Below are positions 16,734 to 24,508 of a DNA stretch of 32,000 nucleotides, in pieces. Made by a program: the position numbers and the translations under genes. Source of the DNA: Acidobacteriota bacterium. GTDB taxonomy: Bacteria > Pseudomonadota > Alphaproteobacteria > Caulobacterales > Hyphomonadaceae. The stretch lies in contig JADJRB010000010.1 in the NCBI GenBank assembly GCA_016712445.1, forward strand, positions 85,778-117,777. The letters are read 5' to 3'. The notes beneath the pieces were generated by a model that was not told the DNA's origin, did not search any database, and saw only the letters and a list, made by a program, of their open reading frames with translations. The first letter of the stretch is position 1, and each line of letters starts with the position of its first letter.

Positions 16734-17644
16734 TCGATCAGGTCGTCTTCCTTGCCGGCCTTGCCGGCGCGGATCTCGCCGCGCTCGATCAGCTGGCGGG
16801 CGAGCGCCACGAGTTCGCCGCGCGCGGCTTCGACATCGGCGCGCCGCACGCTGCCGAGCGCCGCGATTTCCTCGCGCAGCAGTTCGCCTGCGCGCTGGGT
16901 GACGTTGGCGAAGAAGGCCGCCGCCGTCGCCGGTTTCGCGGCCTTCAGGGCGAGCACCAGCACCGCGCGGTTGGCTCCGGCCAACAGCGTCTGCATGCCG
17001 GCCGCGTCGAGCGACGCAAGGTCGTCGAAGGTGAACATCAGGGAACGGACTTTCTCGCCCGCGCCCGGTTCGGATTTTTCCAGCGCCGCAAGGAAGAGAT
17101 TGCCCGCGCGCGGATCAAGACGATCAAAGATGCGCGCGATCCGCTCGACGCCCGGCTGCCCGCCATCACGCGACAGTGCGGCGACGCGGCCCTTGAGATG
17201 CTGTTCCAGCCCGGCCATCGCGGCGGGGTGCACTTCGCCGAGATGCAGCAGGCGCTGCATCGCCTCGATCGCCAGCGAAGGCGGCAAGGCGCGCAGCAGC
17301 CGCGCGGCCGCCTCACCTGAAAGCCGCGACAGGATGAGCGCGACGACCTGCGCCCGCTCGTGACGCGTCAGGACAGCAAGCAGGTTGGTATCAAGCGCCG
17401 ACAGTTCGGCCCACACACCTGCACCGCTCGTGGCGCGCTGGGTTTCGGTGAAGCGGCGCAGCGCATCGGCTTCGCCGTCGGCATCGTCGCCGACCTGATC
17501 CATCGCAGCGCTGAGCTGCGCGGCCTCCTGCGGATCAAGTTGCGCCCAGACCGCCGCAGCTTCGGCGCCAAGCGCCCGCATCAGGCGGGCCGACCGGGCA
17601 AGGCCGGGCGCGAGGATGGAAGCCGGTTTGGCCAGCGCGCTCAC
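16730..17644 (-). CDS. fliG: Flagellar motor switch protein FliG
   Basis: LTRHERAQVVALILSRLSGEAAARLLRALPPSLAIEAMQRLLHLGEVHPAAMAGLEQHLKGRV plus SLMFTFDDLASLDAAGMQTLL and AAAFFANVTQRAGELLREEIAALGSVRRADVEAARGELVALARQLIERGEI. GTG start. Confidence 0.9.
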   Translation of the reverse strand: MSALAKPASILAPGLARSARLMRALGAEAAAVWAQLDPQEAAQLSAAMDQVGDDADGEADALRRFTETQRATSGAGVWAELSALDTNLLAVLTRHERAQVVALILSRLSGEAAARLLRALPPSLAIEAMQRLLHLGEVHPAAMAGLEQHLKGRVAALSRDGGQPGVERIARIFDRLDPRAGNLFLAALEKSEPGAGEKVRSLMFTFDDLASLDAAGMQTLLAGANRAVLVLALKAAKPATAAAFFANVTQRAGELLREEIAALGSVRRADVEAARGELVALARQLIERGEIRAGKAGKEDDLIE

Positions 17645-18309
17645 GAGGCATCCCCCTTGATCCAGCCGCGCACGATCGCAGCCGCTTGCGCGGGATCGCG
17701 CCGGGCAAGGTCGACGGCGGCGTCCGGAACGGCCACCGGCCGCAGCGGTCGCACGCGCTCCGGCGCGCTTGAAACAATAGGTGGATCGATAACCTGCGAG
17801 ACCGGCCCGGCGACGGGCGCCGACTTGCCTGACAGGACCGCGAGGGCGCCGCTGACGAGAACGAGCAAGGCAAGCCCTGCCAGTTCGGTCCAGGCCGCAG
17901 CGTCGGGCCGGCCCGGAAGGCCGCCCGCGAAAGCGATGGTTTCAATCACGAGACGGTCGCCCTGCGCCGGGTTGATGCCGGCCGCGAGGGCGGCAATGCG
18001 CTGCAGGTCCGGAATGCGGTCCGAGGCGGTTTCATCGAGGAGGAGGAGGACCGTGCGGCCGCCCTCGGCATTGTAGGTAACGCTGAGGCGCGACAGGCCG
18101 GGACCGGCGACCGGCGCCAGGACATCCGCCAAAGCCGCTTCGACCGGGCTCGCTGATACCGGCTTGCCCGGCCCGGTCAGCAGGACAGCGCCGCGCCAGA
18201 CGAGCAGGCCAAGCGCCACGGCGCAGGCCAGCATCGCCAGCGGGCGCGCCAGTCCGGCCGTTCCTGCAGGTTTGCCAAGCGCCATCATGCTCTCCGGGGC
18301 CAGCCGCAA
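17641..18309 (-). CDS. Truncated/mini FliF-like MS-ring protein (222 aa)
   Basis: Single TM helix, then ALADVLAPVAGPGLSRLSVTYNAEGG...INPAQGDRLVIETIAFAGG (fragments resembling FliF RBM3), a second TM helix and C-terminal AVDLARRDPAQAAAIVRGWIKGD resembling the FliG-binding tail. Directly upstream of fliG. Confidence 0.6.
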   Translation of the reverse strand: MRLAPESMMALGKPAGTAGLARPLAMLACAVALGLLVWRGAVLLTGPGKPVSASPVEAALADVLAPVAGPGLSRLSVTYNAEGGRTVLLLLDETASDRIPDLQRIAALAAGINPAQGDRLVIETIAFAGGLPGRPDAAAWTELAGLALLVLVSGALAVLSGKSAPVAGPVSQVIDPPIVSSAPERVRPLRPVAVPDAAVDLARRDPAQAAAIVRGWIKGDAS

Positions 18310-18344
18310 GGCTGGCAGATTCCCGGAAAGCTAGAAGGCCAGCC

Positions 18345-18359
18345 TTAAGGCAGGTTTAA
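18345..18359 (-). promoter_or_regulatory. Perfect CtrA full binding site TTAA-N7-TTAA upstream of the mini-fliF operon
   Basis: TTAA GGCAGGT TTAA at 18345-18359, 36 bp upstream of the 18309 start. Confidence 0.7.
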
Positions 18360-18375
18360 CAAGGCAAACAACGCC

Positions 18376-18648
18376 TTAACGGCGGTATTGCTGGAGGCGC
18401 GTGGTGCGAAGGCCTTTGGCGCCGTGACGGGCGTAGAGGCGTTCCCAGCCTTCGAACTCTTCGTCCGTAAGGTTGTAGCGTTCGCAGGCGTTTTCGCGGG
18501 TCAGGAGGCCGCCCTGCACGGCGGCGACGACTTCCGCCTTGCGGCGGGTGACCCATCGGGAAATGCCGGGCGACGGCAAATCGGCGAGCGTGAGGGTCTG
18601 GCCATCCGGGCCTTTGACACTCATCGGGCGTGCATTCTGCATGTTCAT
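18376..18648 (-). CDS. sciP: SciP family small CtrA inhibitory protein (DUF1153)
   Basis: LTLADLPSPGISRWVTRRKAEVVAAVQGGLLTRENACERYNLTDEEFEGWERLYARHGAKGLRTTRLQQYRR closely follows the DUF1153/SciP consensus. Confidence 0.93.
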   Translation of the reverse strand: MNMQNARPMSVKGPDGQTLTLADLPSPGISRWVTRRKAEVVAAVQGGLLTRENACERYNLTDEEFEGWERLYARHGAKGLRTTRLQQYRR

Positions 18649-18671
18649 GTTCAAACCCTTCCAGGTCCAGT

Positions 18672-18708
18672 GGTGATCTCCCCGCTTCTGCGAGGCCATG
18701 AGATCACC
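18672..18708. promoter_or_regulatory. Perfect 9-bp inverted repeat upstream of sciP
   Basis: GGTGATCTC (18672-18680) and GAGATCACC (18700-18708), 19-bp spacer. Confidence 0.45.
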
Positions 18709-18870
18709 CTACACGCACCGGTTTAAGCCCGGCCTTGACTTGGAAGTTGAGTTTGGCCGCCCCTGTTAGGAGGCTGTTCGGAAAACTGTTCCGCGCCGGG
18801 ACAATCGCGCCAAATGGGGCAAAACATCGACTGGCAGCAGGAAGTTTCGCGGTTTGCGTGCCAGTCCGTC

Positions 18871-18906
18871 AATAAAACGCCCGGCTGCGGGTTTCGCAGC
18901 CGGGCG
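18871..18906 (-). terminator. Rho-independent terminator of the HU gene
   Basis: Perfect 12-bp stem CGCCCGGCTGCG (18878-18889) / CGCAGCCGGGCG (18895-18906). On the minus strand it is followed by TTTTATT. Confidence 0.88.
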
Positions 18907-18931
18907 CAAATTCCTGGCGTTCTGGCTAAGC

Positions 18932-19330
18932 CTAGAGGACGCGGTCTTTCAGGTCCTTCGAAGGACGGAAGGCAACTTTCTTCGAAGCCTTGATCTTGAT
19001 CGACTCGCCGGTGGCCGGGTTGCGGCCGTTGCGGGCCGGGCGCTTGCGGACCTGCAGGATGCCGAGGCCGGAGATGCGCAGCTTCTTGCCCTTCTTGAGG
19101 TAGCCGCCCATGCGGTCGATGAAATCGGTGACGACGGCTTCAGCCTGTTTCTTCGGCATCGCGTGAGCTTCCGACAGCTCGGCGGCGAGATGCTTGACGG
19201 TCATCACGTCAGACGCAGTGGCTTTCTTGGCCGCAGCTGCTTTTGCCGGCGCTTTCTTTGCCGGGGCTTTCTTTGCAGGCGCTTTTGCGGCCGGCGATTT
19301 CTTTGCCGGGGCTTTCGGTTTAACGGCCAT
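18932..19330 (-). CDS. HU family DNA-binding protein with Lys/Ala/Pro-rich N-terminal extension
   Basis: MAVKPKAPAKKSPAAKAPAKKAPAKKAPAKAAAAKKATA tail followed by an HU fold (TVKHLAAELSEAH...GGYLKKGKKLRISGLGILQVRKRPARNGRNPATGESIKIKASKKVAFRPSKDLKD). Confidence 0.93.
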   Translation of the reverse strand: MAVKPKAPAKKSPAAKAPAKKAPAKKAPAKAAAAKKATASDVMTVKHLAAELSEAHAMPKKQAEAVVTDFIDRMGGYLKKGKKLRISGLGILQVRKRPARNGRNPATGESIKIKASKKVAFRPSKDLKDRVL

Positions 19331-19610
19331 GTCTGTTTCCTTTGTTGGACAGTGGAACTGAAACGCAACCTCGAAACGGGATTTCTTCGGCTGCAAACGG
19401 AACGGTAGAGATAATCGACTGAGAGCGGCAGGGCATAACTTCGCTTGCAGGCGGGCGCAAGAGGCCCAATTCGGTTGATGAAAACCCAATTTATCGCCGG
19501 AAAACCCAGCAAAACATGCTTTGCCGCCTGCGCGGAAGGCGCCGCCCCGAATCAGGGAGCATCCGGCAAAGGCCAGATTCCATCCGTGAGCGGATTTTCT
19601 GGCAGCGCGC

Positions 19611-20702
19611 CTAGGCGAGCGACTTCAACAGCTCGAGACCATTGTTCTCGCGCACCTGCGCGGCGTGGCGGCGCAGCATGGTGAGGAACATCTCGTCGCC
19701 GCGCTCTGTCTGCTTCACGATCATCGCGGCCGCGAAGGCCACAGAGATGCCGTAGAAGGTGAACCAGCGATAATGCGTATAGAGATCATCAAAGCTGTAG
19801 CTGGTGATGCCTTCGGCCCGCAGCGCATTGTGGTAATGGCGCAGCAGCATCTGCTCATGCTTGGGGCGTTCCTCGCGCGTCAGGCCTGCACCGATGAAAT
19901 AGGCAACGTCATTGGCCGGCGCGCCCTTGCCGGCGGTCTGCCAGTCGACCACCGCCAGCGGCTTCTTCGCGCCGGGCTTGCCGAACAGCATGTTGTCGAG
20001 CCGGTAGTCCGAATGCGTCAGCGCATGCGGGCCCTGATAGGCATCACCCCATTTCGGCAGGCTGGCCGCATACGCATCGCCGACCTCGATCTGCTCGGCA
20101 TTGATCTGCGCCGCATACCGGTCCTTGAAGCCGAGCCACAGGCCGGCGATCTGTTCCGGACCGAGCCCCGGCGGGGGCGCCTTCGCGGACCCCTGCAGCC
20201 AGTCGTGTTCGTCGAGCACGGGATCTTCCCAATGCGCGGCATGCAGGACTGCGGCCGCTTCCATGGCGAGCTTTGCCTCGTCGACGCCGCAACCTTTCAG
20301 CTGGTCGCCCTGCTCCGACGGCGCCATGTCTTCCATGATCAGCGCGAACCGGTTGGTTTCCGGGTCATAGTCCGTGTACAGTGCATCCGGCGTGATGCGG
20401 CCGGCGACTTTCGGAAACGTGCGGTAAAACATCACTTCGCGCTTGTAATGGTTGAGCATTTTGGCGGTCATGATGCTGAGCTCGTTGGCCGACGGGAATT
20501 TGCCCACCAGCGTTTTCGGCGCGTTCGCCCCGGCGCGCGCATAGTCGAACACGAAGCGCACGTTCTCGCCGATCTGCCCGGTGCCGATCGACTTCGAGGT
20601 CAGGGAGCGCACCTCGCCGTCAATCCCGATCTCGCCAAACAGCGTGTTGAACCAGTCCGGGCCAAGCTCAAGCGGGTTCGTGTCGAGGCCGGGTCGGCTC
20701 AT
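19611..20702 (-). CDS. Phosphotransferase family protein (aminoglycoside phosphotransferase/EcKinase-like fold)
   Basis: FALIMEDMAPSEQGDQLKGC...ALTHSDYRLDNMLFGKPGAKKPLAVVDWQTAGKGAPANDVAYFIGAGL is a kinase-like catalytic signature. Confidence 0.88.
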   Translation of the reverse strand: MSRPGLDTNPLELGPDWFNTLFGEIGIDGEVRSLTSKSIGTGQIGENVRFVFDYARAGANAPKTLVGKFPSANELSIMTAKMLNHYKREVMFYRTFPKVAGRITPDALYTDYDPETNRFALIMEDMAPSEQGDQLKGCGVDEAKLAMEAAAVLHAAHWEDPVLDEHDWLQGSAKAPPPGLGPEQIAGLWLGFKDRYAAQINAEQIEVGDAYAASLPKWGDAYQGPHALTHSDYRLDNMLFGKPGAKKPLAVVDWQTAGKGAPANDVAYFIGAGLTREERPKHEQMLLRHYHNALRAEGITSYSFDDLYTHYRWFTFYGISVAFAAAMIVKQTERGDEMFLTMLRRHAAQVRENNGLELLKSLA

Positions 20703-21316
20703 GGGGCGGTTTCCTCTGTTGTCGGAGCATCCGGGCGGGCGCGCCCGGTGAATTTTCGGAACTGGCCGAGGCGTTCCTCGGCGCGGCGCAGGCCCTTGTC
20801 GAGCGCGGCCATGGTCAGCGCGAAATCGCCGTTCGTCTCACGCCGCCAGGCACGCTCGGCCTGCGCGATCACGAAAGCGATGGCGATGCGCTTCAAGCTG
20901 GCTGGCGCGCCGCTGTCATTGTCGAGCCCGGCCGAGGCGAGCGCCCAGGCGGCGGTCGCGTGGCGATGGACCGGCAGGTTCACGAGATGGGTCAGCGAGG
21001 TTTCGCGGAACTTCATCAGCGCGGTCAGGCCGGCGCGGTATTTCTCCATCGCCTCGAAGCGCAGCATGATGACATCGAACAGACGCTCGCGCGCGGATGT
21101 CTCCTCCGGCACGCCCTCCGCCGACATCGCCTTGTCGAACCAGCCGTCGAGCGCCTCGACGAGGTCTTCGCGCGCGGCGACGCCGTGAAAGTCCGAAAGC
21201 TGCAGCTTCGCCTTCGCCGCAATGTCCGCCAGCGGAATATCCGACCAGGCGCGCGACGCGGCGAGCTCAAGGGCTGCCTTCAGCCCCTTCTCGATGATCT
21301 TCTCAGACGTGGCCAA
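20699..21316 (-). CDS. COQ9-like / TetR-like fold protein
   Basis: Helix-turn-helix-like N-terminus (GLKAALELAASRAWSDIPLADIAAKAKLQLSDFHGV) with RERLFDVIMLRFEAMEKYRAGLTAL, as in the alphaproteobacterial COQ9 family. ATGA overlap with the downstream gene. Confidence 0.75.
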   Translation of the reverse strand: MATSEKIIEKGLKAALELAASRAWSDIPLADIAAKAKLQLSDFHGVAAREDLVEALDGWFDKAMSAEGVPEETSARERLFDVIMLRFEAMEKYRAGLTALMKFRETSLTHLVNLPVHRHATAAWALASAGLDNDSGAPASLKRIAIAFVIAQAERAWRRETNGDFALTMAALDKGLRRAEERLGQFRKFTGRARPDAPTTEETAP

Positions 21317-21335
21317 GGGCCAGGCCTCCCGGGGT

Positions 21336-22145
21336 TCAGTCCGCCTCTTTCGACAGCTGCCGGTCGCGGTTCGCGGCGGCGCGCAGGGCGTCTCTCATCA
21401 ACCGGGGCATCCCACCCGTGTCCATGAGGATGTCAAGGGCCGCCTGGGTGGTGCCGCCGGGGGAAGTGACTGCACGGCGAAGTGATTCGGGATCGGCGGT
21501 GCCGGAGGCCATCAGCGCCGCTGCGCCTTCGACCGTGCGGCGCGCGAGGCGCTGGGCAAGCGCGCGCGGCAGGCCTTCGGCCTCGCCCGCCTCGGCCATC
21601 ACTTCGGCGAGCAGGAAGAGGTAAGCCGGGCCCGACCCCGACAGGGCGGTGACGGCCGACATCAGCCCTTCATCGACCGGGCCTTCGACCTCGCCGAGCG
21701 GGGCGAGCAGGTCGCGGGCGGCGTCGGCATCGGCCGCAGCAAGTCCCGGCGCAGCAGAATAGACGGTGATGCCCTGCCCGATGGAGCCGGGCGTATTGGA
21801 CATCGCGCGGACCACGCGGGCCGTGCCGAGGCGGCGCGAAATCTGCGCGATGCGCACGCCCGCCATGATCGAGACGACAAGCGTGGCCGGGCCGACGAAG
21901 CCGGCGACCTGCGCAGCGACGGCAGCGAAGGCCTGCGGCTTGACCGCGAGCACCAGCACGCCAGCGGGCTTCACAGGCGGATTGAGCACGACCTTGCCGT
22001 CAGCGGCCCAGGCGGTGAAGTCTTCGGACGGGGTGGGCTCGATGACCGCGATGCGGCGCTTCGGCTTGGCCTTCAGCCAGCCGCGGGCCAGCGCCGATCC
22101 CATCCGGCCGGCCCCGACGAGGACAAGGGACGGCGCGGCAGCCAT
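21336..22145 (-). CDS. proC: Pyrroline-5-carboxylate reductase
   Basis: LVLVGAGRMGSALARGWL...VVRAMSNTPGSIGQGITVYSA...VTALSGSGPAYLFLLAEVMAEAG...LRRAVTSPGGTTQAAL. Confidence 0.95.
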   Translation of the reverse strand: MAAAPSLVLVGAGRMGSALARGWLKAKPKRRIAVIEPTPSEDFTAWAADGKVVLNPPVKPAGVLVLAVKPQAFAAVAAQVAGFVGPATLVVSIMAGVRIAQISRRLGTARVVRAMSNTPGSIGQGITVYSAAPGLAAADADAARDLLAPLGEVEGPVDEGLMSAVTALSGSGPAYLFLLAEVMAEAGEAEGLPRALAQRLARRTVEGAAALMASGTADPESLRRAVTSPGGTTQAALDILMDTGGMPRLMRDALRAAANRDRQLSKEAD

Positions 22146-22152
22146 TTGGGGC

Positions 22153-22656
22153 TCAGGCTTCGCCGTGGGTTTCGAACATCACCGCGTCGATGGCTTCGCG
22201 AGGCGACTTGCCGGCCCAGACGAGGAAGTTGAAAGCCGGCATGAAACGGTCAGCGGCGGCAACGGCGGCCGCGATGACGGCGCGCACTTCGCCCTGGCTG
22301 ACCTCGTCGCGGCCTTCCATCGGGAAAGTGTAGCGGAAGATGATGACGCCGTCGTCCGACCAGAAATCGAAATGGCCGACCCAGAGGCGCTCGTTGGCGA
22401 GCATCACGAGCTCGGCAATCGCGCTGCGCTTGGCGGCCATCGCCTTCACGTCGAGGGTCAGCGAGAAGTGGATGGCGGAGGGTTCAGGCCGGTAGGCGAA
22501 CAGTGCGCCCATGTCACCCCAGCGGGTTTCCGCGACTACCTGGAGGGTGCCTTCTTCGTCCCGCTCGCAGGGCCAGTTGGCCGCCTCAAGCACGACCTCG
22601 ACGATGTCGAGGGGGTCGATGTCGAAGTCCGGGGTGTGTTCGAGTTCAAGGCTCAT
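22153..22656 (-). CDS. YbjN domain-containing protein
   Basis: DPLDIVEVVLEAANWPCERDEEGTLQVVAETRWGDMGALFAYRPEPSAIHFSLTLDV...FDFWSDDGVIIFRYTFPM, typical of the alphaproteobacterial YbjN family next to proC. Confidence 0.88.
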   Translation of the reverse strand: MSLELEHTPDFDIDPLDIVEVVLEAANWPCERDEEGTLQVVAETRWGDMGALFAYRPEPSAIHFSLTLDVKAMAAKRSAIAELVMLANERLWVGHFDFWSDDGVIIFRYTFPMEGRDEVSQGEVRAVIAAAVAAADRFMPAFNFLVWAGKSPREAIDAVMFETHGEA

Positions 22657-22769
22657 GCAGGCGCCTCCGCTTCGCAGTCTCAGGATTGGGGCCGGATTCG
22701 GAAGACAAATCCACTCCCCGAACAAACCGGCCGGACGGGCGCTTGTCCACCCGGTTCAACAGTCAGGCA

Positions 22770-23030
22770 TCAGGAAGCCGTGGATTTCCCTTGGCCCGCC
22801 TCGAGCGCGGCGATGCGGGCTTCCAGCGTCTCGACCCGGTCAAGGGCAGCGGTGGCGATGGCCTTCAGGGCTTCCACTTCATCGCGGCCGGCAAGGTCCA
22901 TGTCGGCGATCAGCGCGCGCACGCGGGCCTGGGCGGCGGTCTTGGCTTCCTCGCCGGCGGCGCGGGCGGCGCCGAGCGCGCCGGTCATCAGGCTGGCGAT
23001 GTCATCGAGCAGTGGATTTGTGCCAGCCAT
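22770..23030 (-). CDS. Accessory factor UbiK family protein (BMFP/YqiC-like)
   Basis: NPLLDDIASLMTGALGAARAAGEEAKTAAQARVRALIADMDLAGRDEVEALKAIATAALDRVETLEARIAALE. Divergent from lgt. Confidence 0.8.
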   Translation of the reverse strand: MAGTNPLLDDIASLMTGALGAARAAGEEAKTAAQARVRALIADMDLAGRDEVEALKAIATAALDRVETLEARIAALEAGQGKSTAS

Positions 23031-23105
23031 GCAGCTACTCCTTCGCGCCGGGAATGCCCGTGCCCTAGCAGATAGGGTGCCGGACAGACAGGGAAAAGAC
23101 GCCGC

Positions 23106-24059
23106 ATGACAGACCTCCTCGCCGCCCTCAGCGTTTACTTTACCCAGGCCGCGCTGACGTTTCCGGAATGGAGCCCTGCGCTCTTCTCGATCGATTTCGG
23201 CTTTGCCGGTCTCGGGGAGTTCCACCTGCGCTGGTACGCGCTCGGCTATATCGCCGGGATCGGCGGGGCCTGGTGGTATGCGAGCCAGCTGCTGAAGCGC
23301 CCGGCCCTGTGGGGCGGCGAGCCGCCGCTGAGCCAGGAAGCGATGGATGACCTGATGTTCTGGATCATCATCGGCATCATCCTCGGCGGGCGGCTCGGCT
23401 ACATCCTGTTCTACATGGTGCCCTACCAGATGGACGTGCTGGCCGCCGATCCGCTGACCATCATCCGCATCTGGGACGGCGGCATGGCCTTCCATGGCGG
23501 CATCCTCGGGGTGGCGATCGTGCTGTGGTGGTTTGCGGCGAAGCGCGGCGTGAAGCTGCTCTCGGTGGGCGACATTGCAGGCGTCACCGCCCCCATCGGC
23601 ATCGGCCTCGTGCGGATCGCCAACTTCGTCAACGGCGAGCTTTACGGCCGGCATACCGACGCCCCGGTCGGCATGGTGTTCCCGGAGGGCTACGTGCAGG
23701 GATCCACGCCGCCGGCCTATAACTGGGACACCGGCGAGTGGGTCTATTCGGGGACCGAAATGGCCCGCCATCCGAGCCAGCTTTACGAGTCCGTGCTGGA
23801 AGGCTGGCTGCCCCTGCTCGTGCTGTCGCTGCTGATCTGGAAGTTCGGCGCCCTGAAGCGCCCCGGTCTCGTGGCAGGACTTTTCCTGATCATGTACGGT
23901 GTGGGGCGATCTGTTGCCGAAAACTTCCGGATGCCGGATTCTTTTGTCAGCGGACTGCCAGAATGGCTGACGATGGGGATGATCCTGTCGGTGCCGATGT
24001 GGATCGGCGGCGCCTGGCTCATCTGGAACGCCTTGAAAGCGCAGGAAAAGCGCGTATAA
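23106..24059 (+). CDS. lgt: Prolipoprotein diacylglyceryl transferase
   Basis: FHLRWYALGYIAGIGGAWWYA...GGMAFHGGILGVAIVLWWFA...GLVRIANFVNGELYGRHTDAPVGMVFP...RHPSQLYES. Confidence 0.97.
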   Translation: MTDLLAALSVYFTQAALTFPEWSPALFSIDFGFAGLGEFHLRWYALGYIAGIGGAWWYASQLLKRPALWGGEPPLSQEAMDDLMFWIIIGIILGGRLGYILFYMVPYQMDVLAADPLTIIRIWDGGMAFHGGILGVAIVLWWFAAKRGVKLLSVGDIAGVTAPIGIGLVRIANFVNGELYGRHTDAPVGMVFPEGYVQGSTPPAYNWDTGEWVYSGTEMARHPSQLYESVLEGWLPLLVLSLLIWKFGALKRPGLVAGLFLIMYGVGRSVAENFRMPDSFVSGLPEWLTMGMILSVPMWIGGAWLIWNALKAQEKRV

Positions 24060-24121
24060 GGATTTCGTTAATACGTAGAGTTACGGATGCTTTGACGCGC
24101 GAACCTGGGGAGGGGGGCGCA

Positions 24122-24484
24122 ATGAAGTCTGACAGCCTGTACCGTCTGACAGCGGCGTGCCTGTTCACGCACGAGCTCGATTCCCCCCTGAGACAGGGCT
24201 GGAACCCGCTCGCGCTGAACACAAGTTCCTATACTTCATTCGACCAGCAGATCTTCATGTGGGCACACGTGCCGATCGTGCTCGGGATGATCTTCCTTGC
24301 CGAGACGGGCAGCCGCGCGGCCATCCGCTACGGGCTCTGCGTGTTTGCGGTGGTGCATGTCGGGCTGCACTGGTTCTATCGCAACACCCCGGTCTACGAT
24401 TTCAGCTCCCTGTCCTCGTGGGTGCTGATCCTGCTGGCCGGCATATTCGGTGCGGCCTATTTGGTGCCCGCGAAGGCGCGATAA
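24122..24484 (+). CDS. Small multi-pass membrane protein of unknown function (120 aa)
   Basis: MKSDSLYRLTAACLFTHELDSPLRQGWNPLALNTSSYTSFDQQIFMWAHVPIVLGMIFLAETG... has about 3 TM helices and sits between lgt and the methyltransferase gene. Confidence 0.7.
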   Translation: MKSDSLYRLTAACLFTHELDSPLRQGWNPLALNTSSYTSFDQQIFMWAHVPIVLGMIFLAETGSRAAIRYGLCVFAVVHVGLHWFYRNTPVYDFSSLSSWVLILLAGIFGAAYLVPAKAR

Positions 24485-24508
24485 CGCGCTGAAGAAATTG
24501 ACGGACAC

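Noticed and set aside
19210-19330. Tandem GCC/TTC-rich repeat block resembling a microsatellite
   Set aside because: It is the coding sequence of the KAPAKKAPAK tail of the HU protein, not an independent repeat element.
19665-21188. 507-aa + strand ORF antisense to the phosphotransferase and COQ9-like genes
   Set aside because: Shadow ORF spanning two real, overlapping genes; no recognisable protein motif.
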